Part shown: positions 9,272 to 17,763 of the stretch, piece by piece
Numbering within the stretch: the stretch's first letter is position 1
Layout of the letters: each line of letters begins with the position of its first letter
Notes under the pieces: generated by a model
What the model saw: the letters and a program-made list of their open reading frames with translations, nothing else
The model's database searches: none
Told to the model about the DNA's origin: nothing
From: Candidatus Brocadia sp.
GTDB taxonomy: Bacteria; Planctomycetota; Brocadiia; Brocadiales; Brocadiaceae
DNA length: 32,000 nucleotides
Reading direction: 5' to 3'
Assembly: GCA_021650915.1 (NCBI GenBank)
Contig: CP091279.1
Coordinates: 2,430,001-2,462,000 of the forward strand
Made by a program: the position numbers and the translations under genes

Positions 9272-10018
9272 CTATTTCTTAGCATATACAAAATCTACCG
9301 CCGCTTCTTCGTTTGATTTTACGGTTACATCCGCCGTTTTCTTCCCAAGCTTCTCCTGCCAAGCCTCGATTTTATAAGAACCCGCCGGCACATTTTCTAT
9401 CCTAAAACGTCCATTTTCATCCGTCACCGCGAAATACGGGTTGGCCTTCACAACGATAAAGGAACTCATCCATTTATGGACATCACACGTAATTTTTACC
9501 ACTTCAGGGAGATCAAATTTTTTCGTCATCTTCCCACCACCAGACACTCCTTCGTTGAAGCCCGGATTTTTTATTGACCAGGAGTGAAGATTATGCATCA
9601 CGTTATCGCTATTCAGCAAATCTACGCTTGCCCCGGTCGATACCGCCAGCACATGGGGCATGAACAGACACTCCTTCTGGTCTAAGGTGGCAGTCACAAC
9701 TTCAGCCTTCTTGCCTGCTGCAATCTCAACCAGGGAAACAACCGCATTTTTAATTCCTTTTGATTCTCCGTTAATCACCAATTCCTCGGACACCTTATTT
9801 TCGTGCCCGCATGTTTGTTCATCCTTATCAACCTTGAGCATCTTTCCTGCAGGAATATCCCCGTCAAACTTAACAACGCCGGCAATTGCTCCCCCATCCT
9901 TCACATCAATCTCTTTATAAGCCTCCGCTCCTATAGCAGGGTTGATCCACCCCGCACTACACATTACTCCGAGTACAAAACTACCGACAAAAGCTCCGTA
10001 TCGTAAACTTTTCACCAT
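9272..10018 (-). CDS. Secreted cupredoxin (type-1 blue copper) domain fused to a carboxypeptidase-regulatory-like beta-sandwich domain
   Basis: It has a signal peptide (FVGSFVLGVMCSAGWINPAIGA) and candidate T1Cu ligands: His in NVMHNLHSW and C-x2-H-x2-M in ITCDVHKWM, which is amicyanin-like spacing. The C-terminus (FAVTDENGRFRIENVPAGSYKIEAWQ) is typical of CarboxypepD_reg-like domains. The track start is 10030 (ATGGAGGTAATGATG); that GGAGG looks like the RBS for the Met at 10018-10021. Confidence 0.75.
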   Translation of the reverse strand: MVKSLRYGAFVGSFVLGVMCSAGWINPAIGAEAYKEIDVKDGGAIAGVVKFDGDIPAGKMLKVDKDEQTCGHENKVSEELVINGESKGIKNAVVSLVEIAAGKKAEVVTATLDQKECLFMPHVLAVSTGASVDLLNSDNVMHNLHSWSIKNPGFNEGVSGGGKMTKKFDLPEVVKITCDVHKWMSSFIVVKANPYFAVTDENGRFRIENVPAGSYKIEAWQEKLGKKTADVTVKSNEEAAVDFVYAKK

Positions 10019-10088
10019 CATTACCTCCATAATCAGCTTCTAAAAGAGAAAATACTTATCCACAGCATAATTAATTGTAAAGGTTTGC

Positions 10089-10117
10089 ATAATACCTTTG
10101 GAAAAAGAATTTGTCAA
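10089..10117 (-). promoter_or_regulatory. Sigma70-type promoter for the cupredoxin / bd-like / cytochrome c operon
   Basis: The minus strand reads TTGACA (10117-10112), a 17-nt spacer AATTCTTTTTCCAAAGG, then TATTAT (10094-10089). This sits about 60-70 nt upstream of the first start codon, inside a 494-bp AT-rich intergenic region. Confidence 0.45.
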
Positions 10118-10476
10118 CCGCAAAATTATCAGCCAAAATAAACGAGTTGACAGCAATCCCTGTCTCTGCTGAAAAAAAATTACTAACGCAACAAGGTTGT
10201 CAATATTCATTCCTTTTTAACTAAAAAATCTGAAAATTTTAAAAAAAAATGTAACTGTTGAAATTTCAAATTCTTAGTTTTTGCAAAACCAGAGAAAAAC
10301 AATACCCTTACCTCCCCCGGTGCATTGCAATAAAATTTCAATAATGAAATAATAGTTTCAATAAAGTATTCCAGAATTATTTACTCTTACTGAAATACCA
10401 TATCCTCTTTCATAAATTAACGGTCAGGGCTTTTTCATGATCTGCCTAAATGTAGAGGAAGTTCAAAGCTGCTTTT

Positions 10477-10503
10477 GTAGAACGACGAGACTCTTCGCGC
10501 TAC
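10477..10503. repeat. GTAG-headed imperfect hairpin (REP-like)
   Basis: GTAGAACGACGAGACTCTTCGCGCTAC, with arms complementary at about 10/13. It lies 22 bp downstream of the stop of the 10525-11625 gene and is related in design to the 16517 element. Confidence 0.5.
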
Positions 10504-10524
10504 GCTGGGAAAGCTGCCGAAGGC

Positions 10525-11625
10525 CTAGTTTAAGGTCCTTTTCAAGGTTTCAATGTCTTTGGGAGTGGTAAGCCTGCCGGAATTTACCACAACGTCCGGC
10601 TCCATCTTGAAGCGCCTGATCCACGAAGTTTCTGAAGAAGGCTTCCAATAGACCTTATACAGTCCCGGAGACATATTCATAAAGCGGTAAACGCCATCCT
10701 TATCGGTAATCACTTCATGCTCCAGCGCCCCTTCTATCGGACGATACCCCTTATTTAAGATCCCGACTTTTTCCAACATTTGCAGCTTCACCTGACAATC
10801 CGGAAGAGGTTTTCCGCTGTGCAATATCCTGCCTTCAACCCTGCCAAGATTTGGGTCATGGTCAACAGGTTTATCCTTCTTCACGACATCTTCGACACCT
10901 TCTTTTTCCTCCTCTTCCAGCGGTTCCATCGGTTCGTGCGCCGCCTGTTGGTTCATTTCGGACGTTTCGGCATCCGGTTCCAACGTCTCTTCATCCGTAA
11001 GGGCTTCTTCCAATCCGGAGGATTCTGTTTCAGGTTTCGACAATTCCCCTTCCACCGAAGGACTTTTTCTTTCCGCCTTTTTAACCCTGAGCCGGTAATT
11101 TTTCGCCACTGCTACGCCCTCCGACGAGGAAGTCCTTAGCCCATCGCGAATTCCCCCCTCCCTGGCATTCCCATCGGCCATTGGCTCAAACACCCTTCCT
11201 TCTTCCGGTTCCTTTGCCGCCCCACGCCCTTCCACGTCTCCCATTCTTAGACGGTTCACCATCTTATCCGAAACCGTATTCTTCATATCACCCTCCAGCG
11301 GGGACGACACGGCAAGCGAGGAAATCACAGAAGCAGGAATTTGCAACCGGACATAATCTTCCGCGATCTCTTTAATCTTGCATTCCATAGCAGTGTTCGT
11401 GATATTCAAAACAATTACATCGGGATACTCTTTGCTACTGAAAAACTCCATGTTCAAAGATTTTATGGAATGCCTTGTCAGGATAGCATTGACGCAATCC
11501 TTCCTGACACTGGTTATCTTAAGATCGATATCTGCACTACTATTCTTTAAAACGATGGTGTCCCCATACGCGGGAGAAAAGCATATCACAACCAGACACA
11601 ACACAAGAGCTGCATATTTTACCAT
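10525..11625 (-). CDS. Hypothetical secreted protein with an acidic low-complexity centre and a C-terminal CarboxypepD_reg-like domain
   Basis: The ORF runs to 11694, but the Met at 11625 starts a signal peptide (MVKYAALVLCLVVICFSPAYG). The centre is Glu/Pro/Thr-rich (ETESSGLEEALTDEETLEPDAETSE...EEEEKEGVED). The C-terminus reads GRVEGRILHSGKPLPDCQVKL...DKDGVYRFMNMSPGLYKVYW. Confidence 0.6.
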   Translation of the reverse strand: MVKYAALVLCLVVICFSPAYGDTIVLKNSSADIDLKITSVRKDCVNAILTRHSIKSLNMEFFSSKEYPDVIVLNITNTAMECKIKEIAEDYVRLQIPASVISSLAVSSPLEGDMKNTVSDKMVNRLRMGDVEGRGAAKEPEEGRVFEPMADGNAREGGIRDGLRTSSSEGVAVAKNYRLRVKKAERKSPSVEGELSKPETESSGLEEALTDEETLEPDAETSEMNQQAAHEPMEPLEEEEKEGVEDVVKKDKPVDHDPNLGRVEGRILHSGKPLPDCQVKLQMLEKVGILNKGYRPIEGALEHEVITDKDGVYRFMNMSPGLYKVYWKPSSETSWIRRFKMEPDVVVNSGRLTTPKDIETLKRTLN

Positions 11626-11728
11626 TAAACCTGTTCCCGAACAAAATGAACCGTATAAAATTTCCTGCTTCCTCTTGCTTTTCTTCAACTTCATGGGAAA
11701 AAGACCAGGCGTGGATTACAAGGGAGGG

Positions 11729-12577
11729 TCAACATTGGCGCTTCTGATGCTGCGCATCCTTGACTTCTTCACTCCGCAACGTAAACAAGGTAATTTCCGG
11801 CCGCGCTAAAAATCGCACCGGGAGACCGGAAATTCCAATGCCTTTGTTTACATACATCGTCGTGTTTCCCTTGTGAAACAGCCCCGCTATATAGCCAAAA
11901 CGAGAATACACCACGGGAGGTCCATACAAAGGGACACTTATCTGCCCGCCATGAGTATGGCCCGCCATCATAAAATGAATCTCCCTCGCCTCTGCCATCT
12001 CAATCGTATCTGGGTTGTGGGCTAATAAGAGTTTTGGTTTGTCATCGGTGCCTTTTAAAGTCCTGCGGAAATCCACCCGCCCTCTCCACAGATCATCTAC
12101 TCCGGCGATAAACAGATAATCGTTTTTCCGGTAAAGAGGGACATGCTCATTGATCAACACACGGATACCTGCCTTGGATAAGGCATGGAAAGTCTGGTCT
12201 TTATCGTCATGATTCCCCAGCACGGCAAAGACCCCTTCTTTTGCCCTGAGCGCAGACAATTCCTCTGCAACGGACGCAATAAATGCGCGGGAACGATACA
12301 CATAGTCCCCCGTCAACACAATGACGTCCGGACATAACGCGTTTGCCTTTTGAACGCATCTCCGGATAAAATCCCTGGGAACGTATTTGCAATGATGAAT
12401 ATCCGATAACTGGGCAATCGTCATCCCCTCAAACTGTTTTGGCAGGGCATGAATCTTTATCGGGACATGATTCGTTTCAACCCAGCGAGGTTCAAGCCAC
12501 CGGCTGTAACCCCCCAGAGTTACGAACCCAAATCCGTATCCCAGAGTGCCCAGCACAAACGTTCTCCGCGAAATCAT
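11729..12577 (-). CDS. Tat-signal metallophosphoesterase (calcineurin-like, YkuE-type)
   Basis: Twin-arginine N-terminus (MISRRTFVLGTLG) plus the metallophosphoesterase motif series SDIHH, LTGDYV, GNHD and GHTHGG. Confidence 0.85.
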   Translation of the reverse strand: MISRRTFVLGTLGYGFGFVTLGGYSRWLEPRWVETNHVPIKIHALPKQFEGMTIAQLSDIHHCKYVPRDFIRRCVQKANALCPDVIVLTGDYVYRSRAFIASVAEELSALRAKEGVFAVLGNHDDKDQTFHALSKAGIRVLINEHVPLYRKNDYLFIAGVDDLWRGRVDFRRTLKGTDDKPKLLLAHNPDTIEMAEAREIHFMMAGHTHGGQISVPLYGPPVVYSRFGYIAGLFHKGNTTMYVNKGIGISGLPVRFLARPEITLFTLRSEEVKDAQHQKRQC

Positions 12578-12620
12578 GCTTCACTCCACATTACGTTTTT
12601 CTGCAACCCTGCAGCGTCAA

Positions 12621-12845
12621 TCAGCGCTTGAGATCGCATGGCGATAAGCAATCCGAGCAGATACCTTCTTCCCATTCCTCGCTGACAAAAGCCAACCAGT
12701 CTTCCGGCGCATTACGGCATGACAAGCATATCCCCAGATCGCAAAGCCCTTCGACGGGATCGTTCGAATCCCTTATTGCCGTACCACAACAAGCGCATTG
12801 CCACGTAATCATATCGCTGCTTACATGGCCCCCGACATCGCACAT
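12621..12845 (-). CDS. Small Cys-rich protein (74 aa, 10 Cys), function unknown
   Basis: The ATG at 12845 is preceded by AAGGAGGAGGG plus a 4-nt spacer. The product is MCDVGGHVSSDMITWQCACCGTAIRD...GLCDLGICLSCRN...GICSDCLSPCDLKR. The track's longer start (12917) would overlap the CBS gene and has no RBS. Confidence 0.5.
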   Translation of the reverse strand: MCDVGGHVSSDMITWQCACCGTAIRDSNDPVEGLCDLGICLSCRNAPEDWLAFVSEEWEEGICSDCLSPCDLKR

Positions 12846-12873
12846 GGAACCCTCCTCCTTTTTTTCGAAAAAT

Positions 12874-13290
12874 TCACTTCTTCTTTTTGCTCTCGTCGAC
12901 AAAATATTGCAATACATCCGTCTCGGTAATTAAACCAACCAGCCTGGCTTTTTCCTTTACAACCGGCAGCGCCCCCACCTTCTTATCAATCATACTCTGG
13001 GCGGCCTCTTCAATGGTTGCTTCCGGGGAAATGGTCACCACATGCTTTGTCATCACTTCCGAAACCTTAATGGAATCCAGAAACTCGTTGTTTTCCTTCC
13101 AGTTCGTAAGAATGGAAGTTAATGACGCACGGTAAAGGTCTCTTTGTGTCAGGATGCCAACGATATGCTCTCCCTTCACCACGGGCAAATGCCGGATCCT
13201 TCCCAAATACATAATATCATTAGCAAAACCCAGTTTTGAATCATCATTCAGGGTTACCAGTTGTGTCTTCATCACCTCTTTTACAAGCAT
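12874..13290 (-). CDS. CBS-domain pair protein
   Basis: 138 aa with two CBS repeats (VKEVMKTQLVTLN...RHLPVV...IVGILTQRDL and VSEVMTKHVVTISPE...GALPVV...LVGLITETDVL). Confidence 0.85.
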   Translation of the reverse strand: MLVKEVMKTQLVTLNDDSKLGFANDIMYLGRIRHLPVVKGEHIVGILTQRDLYRASLTSILTNWKENNEFLDSIKVSEVMTKHVVTISPEATIEEAAQSMIDKKVGALPVVKEKARLVGLITETDVLQYFVDESKKKK

Positions 13291-14050
13291 CTTTTTCCTC
13301 CATTTCTATTGCACCTTGAAGCCTCGATTCCCATTCCTCTCCATAATGGTTTATGAGATTATTGTGTATCTTTTCCTCCCACCGGGAATACGCCTGACGT
13401 ATTGTGGCAATTGGCTGATGTTTTTCAGATATATACAAAATATTTTCTGTCTGTTTTTGTATGGGGATGAGGATGTATTCCCGCTCCCTGTTGCCTACCA
13501 ATAGCGTTGTACGGACGACACCCTTCGCCTCTAAAATCAGGCTTCTTGCTGCGGATGGGTCCTCATGAGCGCAGATACCGCGAATAGCATCGGCCTGGTC
13601 TGAAATTGCATAAAACGCCTTCCATTCCCTTTTGTAAACCAGTTTACGATATGCAGGTGGCGCGGTATATTCATTAAAGATGCAGGGACCACTGATGCTC
13701 TGATACAGCGATTCCCCTGCCCGGTCCGGATACCCCACACACTGGGTGGGTCGGGATTTGTAAATACTGCAGCGCAAGTCCATGATAAGATGACACCGGG
13801 CAGCGTCCGGAGCGATGGTGAAATTCAGAAACTTACAGGAATCGTACCATTCGTCTTTGTATCCCTCACTGGTCACCAGCAACTTGACATAAGGGTATCC
13901 AGTTCCTCTTTTCCATAAGGACTTGAAAAAACCGATGTGCTTATTCCCCGGCGGAATGACACAGGTGAAACAGCACATCCCATCAGAACATTCGCTCCTG
14001 GCAAAGGGTATGCTGTCGTGATTTTCCTGGATCCGGCCATGAGCGCTCAT
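13244..14050 (-). CDS. YkgJ-family (CxxCxxCC-type) zinc/iron-chelating Cys-cluster protein with a C-terminal extension
   Basis: N-terminal CSDGMCCFTC and the family-typical CKFLN...ARCHLIMDLRCSIYKSRPTQCVGYP. Its 3' end overlaps the CBS gene start by 47 bp. Confidence 0.6.
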   Translation of the reverse strand: MSAHGRIQENHDSIPFARSECSDGMCCFTCVIPPGNKHIGFFKSLWKRGTGYPYVKLLVTSEGYKDEWYDSCKFLNFTIAPDAARCHLIMDLRCSIYKSRPTQCVGYPDRAGESLYQSISGPCIFNEYTAPPAYRKLVYKREWKAFYAISDQADAIRGICAHEDPSAARSLILEAKGVVRTTLLVGNREREYILIPIQKQTENILYISEKHQPIATIRQAYSRWEEKIHNNLINHYGEEWESRLQGAIEMEEKDACKRGDEDTTGNPE

Positions 14051-14055
14051 AATCT

Positions 14056-14862
14056 CTATACGGCTATACGAGTTACCTTCTCACTAATCAGCTCGCTGGT
14101 AATCTTATATCCGCCGCTATTTTCATCGTAGTTTGGCATTCTCTTAATGATGCTTCTTGCACTCTCCTGCAAGTCTATCAGATTAATAATACCATTAATA
14201 TTGGTAATGAGCACCCGGCCAAGCTGATTTGAATAGGCGCCCACGAAGTCATAAATCCCGCCGATGATCGTCAGTTTGCCTTCCTTTACCCTTTCACCAT
14301 AATATTTTAATGCCTTTTCTATCTGATAGTCCACATTGGTTTGGCTCAGAAACGCAAGCTCTTTCATTTCGTTTTGAATCTTTTTTAAATCGGGAATCCC
14401 CCGTTCAATAGGAATCGTCAAAGGAAGCATCTCAGTCTTGATCTCGCGGCTGAGTGATGAATAATCCGTCTTCATGAGATGATCAACAGACTTCGACAGA
14501 TTAACAATCTCTTTCGACTGCGTTACACAGGCATGCGTGGCAAATTTTACCGCGCCGCAATCAGTATGCCCCAGCACCAGCATAACGGGAGTTTTGAGGA
14601 CAAAGAGCGAATATTCGATGGAGCCACGGTTGACAGCGAACTGATTCCCGGCATTTCGGATAATAAACACCTTGTTAAATATGTCTTTCCCTAAGATGTC
14701 GCCCTGCACCCGGGAATCAGAACAGGTCAGCAGGGTAATGTACGGATTCTGGTGCGTGGCATAGGCTAAAAACTTCGTTACTTCCGTATTCTTTACAAAC
14801 GCCTCATTATGTACCAGCAAGTGCCGAAAAATATTTCCAACTTCCATATCCGCCTCCCCCAA
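14056..14862 (-). CDS. Beta-class carbonic anhydrase-like protein
   Basis: Both beta-CA zinc-site signatures are present: LLTCSDSRVQG and IEYSLFVLKTPVMLVLGHTDCGAV. The C-terminal motif is NVDYQIEKAL...LTIIGGIYDFVG. At 268 aa it is longer than typical members, with an insert between the HxxC motif and the C-terminal strand. Confidence 0.7.
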   Translation of the reverse strand: MGEADMEVGNIFRHLLVHNEAFVKNTEVTKFLAYATHQNPYITLLTCSDSRVQGDILGKDIFNKVFIIRNAGNQFAVNRGSIEYSLFVLKTPVMLVLGHTDCGAVKFATHACVTQSKEIVNLSKSVDHLMKTDYSSLSREIKTEMLPLTIPIERGIPDLKKIQNEMKELAFLSQTNVDYQIEKALKYYGERVKEGKLTIIGGIYDFVGAYSNQLGRVLITNINGIINLIDLQESARSIIKRMPNYDENSGGYKITSELISEKVTRIAV

Positions 14863-14940
14863 ATAATCAGCCTGTTCATAAATAATAATCCTTTAAAGAA
14901 GTGAACTCTCCCTGTTTAATTGTTATCTAGCGTTTTTTCA

Positions 14941-14990
14941 TGCCTCCCTCGTTTCCCACGAGGGACTTGGCTGCCGCGTAGCCGCCCTAC
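14941..14990. repeat. GTAG-headed REP-like element abutting the glnA stop
   Basis: The minus strand reads GTAGGGCGGCTACGCGGCAGCCAAGTCCCTCGTGGGAAACGAGGGAGGCA. The TAG inside the GTAG head is the glnA stop codon (14987-14989). It contains the hairpin CCCTCG-N7-CGAGGG (14946-14964). Confidence 0.5.
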
Positions 14991-16333
14991 GTTGTCTCAA
15001 AGTATTTCTTATGCTCCCAATCGGTTACCTGTATCTGATATTCATCCCATTCCGCCATTTTCGCGTGAATATAGACATGATAGGTGTGCGAACCTAACGC
15101 AGTCTCCATCAGCTTGTTTTTCTTTAACTCTTCAATTGCCTCACCCAGCGAGTTCGGCAGGGTGGCAATATTCCGGTACGCCAGTTCATCTTTATTAAAT
15201 TCATAGACATTCTCTTCCACCGGGTTCGGCGGCACCAGGCCTCTTTTAATGCCATCAAGCCCCGCTTCGAGCATAACTGCAAGGGCGAGGTACGGATTAT
15301 TACTGGGGTCCGGGCATCTCAACTCCGCCCGCGTTGACTGTTCTCTCCCCTGAGAGTATCGCGGAATCCGTATCAGGGCAGACCGGTTTTTTTGCCCCCA
15401 GCAGATATAGACCGGCGCCTCATACCCCGGCACCAGTCTCTTGTAGGAATTTACGGTGGGCGACAGGATGGCGCTCATAGCGCGAACGTGCTGGAGTTGT
15501 CCGGCAACAAATTGCCTTGCCACCTTGCTCAGTTTATATTCATCCTTTTCATCAAAGAAGATATTCTTTTTTATGGTAATATCAAAAAGGCTCTGATGAC
15601 AATGCATCCCGCTGCCACACATCCCAAAAATGGGCTTCGGCATAAAGGTGGCATATAAATCGTGCTGATGCGCTATCGACTTTACCACCTGCTTAAACGT
15701 CAGGGCGTTTTCCGCCGTCTTCAGCGCCTCGGCGTATTTGAAGTCAATCTCATGCTGACCCGGGGCAACCTCATGATGGCTCATCTCGACGTTCAGGCCC
15801 ATCTTCTCCAACGTAAAAATAATATCCCTTCTCACATTCCCGGCAAGGTCTCTCGGCGAAAAGTCAAAATAACTTCCCACATCATGGGGAGTAGGCTCCA
15901 CCTGTCCGTTATTTTTTGGCTTAAACAGGAAAAACTCCAGCTCGGGGCCTACGTTATACTCAAAATTCATCGCCCGCGCATTTTTAATGGCCCGTTTCAG
16001 GATATACCGGGGGTCGCCTTCAAAAGGGGAACCATCGGGCATATAGACATCACAAAAGAGTCTTGCCGTTGGCTCTTCCGTCTCCCAGGGAAGCAGTGAA
16101 TAGGTGCTGGTATCAGGCTTGAGATACATGTCGCTCTCGCAAATCCGCGTAAACCCTTCGATTGACGAACCGTCGAACCAGATCCCCTTCTCAATGGATT
16201 CCGGGAATCTCTCTACCGGTATGGTAACGGCCTTGATATTTCCGTTGATATCGGTAAATTGCAGCTGAACAAGTTTCACATTGTCGTCTTTTGCCCGACT
16301 GATAATCGCTAAATCTGTATGCTCACTGGTCAT
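14987..16333 (-). CDS. glnA: Glutamine synthetase, type I
   Basis: 448 aa with full-length similarity to GSI by eye (VQLQFTDINGNIKAVTIP, FDGSSIEGF, GPELEFFLF, SHHEVAPGQHEIDF, MPKPIFGMCGSGMHCHQSLF, NSYKRLVPGYEAPVYICWGQKNRSALIRIP, RAELRCPDPSNNPYLA). Confidence 0.95.
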   Translation of the reverse strand: MTSEHTDLAIISRAKDDNVKLVQLQFTDINGNIKAVTIPVERFPESIEKGIWFDGSSIEGFTRICESDMYLKPDTSTYSLLPWETEEPTARLFCDVYMPDGSPFEGDPRYILKRAIKNARAMNFEYNVGPELEFFLFKPKNNGQVEPTPHDVGSYFDFSPRDLAGNVRRDIIFTLEKMGLNVEMSHHEVAPGQHEIDFKYAEALKTAENALTFKQVVKSIAHQHDLYATFMPKPIFGMCGSGMHCHQSLFDITIKKNIFFDEKDEYKLSKVARQFVAGQLQHVRAMSAILSPTVNSYKRLVPGYEAPVYICWGQKNRSALIRIPRYSQGREQSTRAELRCPDPSNNPYLALAVMLEAGLDGIKRGLVPPNPVEENVYEFNKDELAYRNIATLPNSLGEAIEELKKNKLMETALGSHTYHVYIHAKMAEWDEYQIQVTDWEHKKYFETT

Positions 16334-16454
16334 GAAATTTCACCTTTCTATAGCACGGTAACGTAAAAATGGAGACTCGGTAAGGCCTTGTAATTTTAAT
16401 CATATTGCTGTAAAAAAACAAGCATTTTATAACCAGGCTGTACACGGTTCATGC

Positions 16455-16483
16455 TTGACACGCTAAATAGGTCATGCTAAGAT
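16455..16483 (+). promoter_or_regulatory. Sigma70-type promoter for MOSC-mog
   Basis: TTGACA (16455-16460), a 17-nt spacer, then TAAGAT (16478-16483), about 105 nt upstream of the ATG at 16589. Confidence 0.4.
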
Positions 16484-16516
16484 CAATCTGATTAGGCCAC
16501 CGGCAACCTCCTCAAT

Positions 16517-16543
16517 GTAGAGCGACGAGCCTCGTCGCCCTAC
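16517..16543. repeat. GTAG-headed hairpin (REP-like)
   Basis: GTAGAGCGACGAGCCTCGTCGCCCTAC, with arms complementary at 12/13. It lies in the 5' leader between the predicted promoter and the MOSC start. Confidence 0.6.
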
Positions 16544-16588
16544 GGCCGCAACTTTGAAATTCCATAACAATAAATATTAGAAACGACC

Positions 16589-17050
16589 ATGGGAAAAATT
16601 GTAGCCGTCTGTATCAGTGAAAAAAAGGGCACCCAAAAGCGCGACGTCGGCGCCGGCAGGCTAATTGAGCATTTTGGCCTCGAAGGGGATGCCCACGCCG
16701 GAAAGTGGCACCGCCAGGTCAGCTTGCTTGCCCGGGAAAGCGCAGACATCATGCGTGAAAAAGGACTTAAGATCAAAGACGGCGACTTTGGGGAAAACAT
16801 CGTTACGGAAGGCATCGAACTCAAATCCCTCCCCATCGGCACCATCCTAAAAATTGGCAACGGCATAACCATTCGCGTAACCCAGATCGGCAAGCTGTGC
16901 CATGACCGCTGCGCTATCTACTATACGGCTGGCGACTGCATCATGCCCCGGGAGGGCATCTTTGGAGAGATCCTTACGGGCGGCACGATTCAAGCGGGCG
17001 ATGAAATTGAAATCCTCGAACAGGGTGCGGAAAGAGCAGCAAAGACATGA
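16589..17050 (+). CDS. MOSC domain-containing protein
   Basis: 153 aa with a MOSC-like pattern (GLEGDAHAGKWHRQVSLLA...GDFGENIVTEG...IGNGITIRVTQIGKLCHDRCAIY). Its TGA overlaps the mog ATG (ATGA at 17047-17050). Confidence 0.85.
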   Translation: MGKIVAVCISEKKGTQKRDVGAGRLIEHFGLEGDAHAGKWHRQVSLLARESADIMREKGLKIKDGDFGENIVTEGIELKSLPIGTILKIGNGITIRVTQIGKLCHDRCAIYYTAGDCIMPREGIFGEILTGGTIQAGDEIEILEQGAERAAKT

Positions 17051-17547
17051 TACGGGCAGCCATTCTGACACTCAGCGATAAAGGCTCACGGGGCGAACGC
17101 GAGGACAAGAGCGGCGAGGTGATCCGGAACATGCTTGCGGGCATCGACGCCACAATCACCACCTACGAAGTCATCCCTGACGAAAAGGACCTGATCACAA
17201 AAAAACTCCTCGAATTCGCCGACAGGGCAGACCTGATCGTCACCACGGGCGGAACGGGCGTCGGCCCCAGAGACGTTACCCCTGAGGCCACACGGGCAGT
17301 CATCGAAAAAGAATTGCCTGGTTTTAGTGAGGCGATGCGCATGGAGGGACTCAAACACACACCCAGGGCCATGGGGTCACGGGCAATTGCCGGGATATAC
17401 CGGCAGACCCTCATCATCAATCTCCCGGGCAGCCCAAAGGGCGTCGCCGAAAACCTGGCCGTCGTACTCCCCGTCATCCCCCACACCATCGGCCTCATCA
17501 AGGGCCAGGTGAGCGACTGCGCAAAAGACCGCGAGAAGCACGCGTAA
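17047..17547 (+). CDS. mog: Molybdopterin adenylyltransferase (MogA/MoaB family)
   Basis: 166 aa with LTLSDKGSRGEREDKSG, DLIVTTGGTGVGPRDVTPEAT, GFSEAMR and LIINLPGSPKG, which are characteristic MogA motifs. Confidence 0.9.
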   Translation: MIRAAILTLSDKGSRGEREDKSGEVIRNMLAGIDATITTYEVIPDEKDLITKKLLEFADRADLIVTTGGTGVGPRDVTPEATRAVIEKELPGFSEAMRMEGLKHTPRAMGSRAIAGIYRQTLIINLPGSPKGVAENLAVVLPVIPHTIGLIKGQVSDCAKDREKHA

Positions 17548-17570
17548 TCCAAAAACATACCTTTAAAGAG

Positions 17571-17657
17571 GGTGGATTAGGGCGCTGGTTTTTGCGCCGA
17601 ATTCACCAGCAACATCTTATAAACGAAAATGGTGGATGCGCTTTCGCTTAATCCACC
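17571..17657. repeat. Two GGTGGAT...ATCCACC hairpin repeats (REP-like family)
   Basis: GGTGGATTAGGGCGCTGGTTTTTGCGCCGAATTCACC (17571-17607) and GGTGGATGCGCTTTCGCTTAATCCACC (17631-17657). The same family recurs at 20780-20904. The design resembles enterobacterial REPs (GTAGG-CCGGATAAGGCG...CGCCGCATCCGG). Confidence 0.6.
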
Positions 17658-17700
17658 TTGATACTAAACTTAACATTTCTGCCGATGACACTCGGCGCAC

Positions 17701-17763
17701 CAACCATTCGTAACATTGAAAAACCGTTGGGTTCCATTTCGTTCAACCCAACCTACCCGGCTC
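17701..17763 (+). repeat. 63-bp direct repeat, copy A (contains a GTTGGGTT...AACCCAAC hairpin with a CCTAC tail)
   Basis: CAACCATTCGTAACATTGAAAAACCGTTGGGTTCCATTTCGTTCAACCCAACCTACCCGGCTC. About 87% identical to copy B (6 mismatches and 2 single-nt indels, by hand alignment). Confidence 0.75.

Noticed and set aside
12439-12933. 164-aa plus-strand ORF, and similar long antisense ORFs (for example 2053-2523, 7496-7948, 15662-16099, 17163-17558, 27162-27779).
   Set aside because: Each lies fully antisense to an ORF with clear family motifs (phosphoesterase, cytochromes, bd-like, glnA, mog, permease) and shows no motifs of its own.
16334-16450. Possible sigma54 (NtrC-type) promoter upstream of glnA (TGGTTATAAAATGCTT on the minus strand).
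   Set aside because: The GG-to-GC spacing is 9 nt rather than the required 10, and the flanking bases do not fit TGGCAC-N5-TTGC. No confident glnA promoter is called.
16484-16588. Possible Moco riboswitch in the MOSC-mog leader.
   Set aside because: I could not find the conserved Moco-motif core elements. The only clear structure is the GTAG-headed repeat hairpin at 16517-16543. A covariance-model scan (Rfam Moco_RNA_motif) would settle this.
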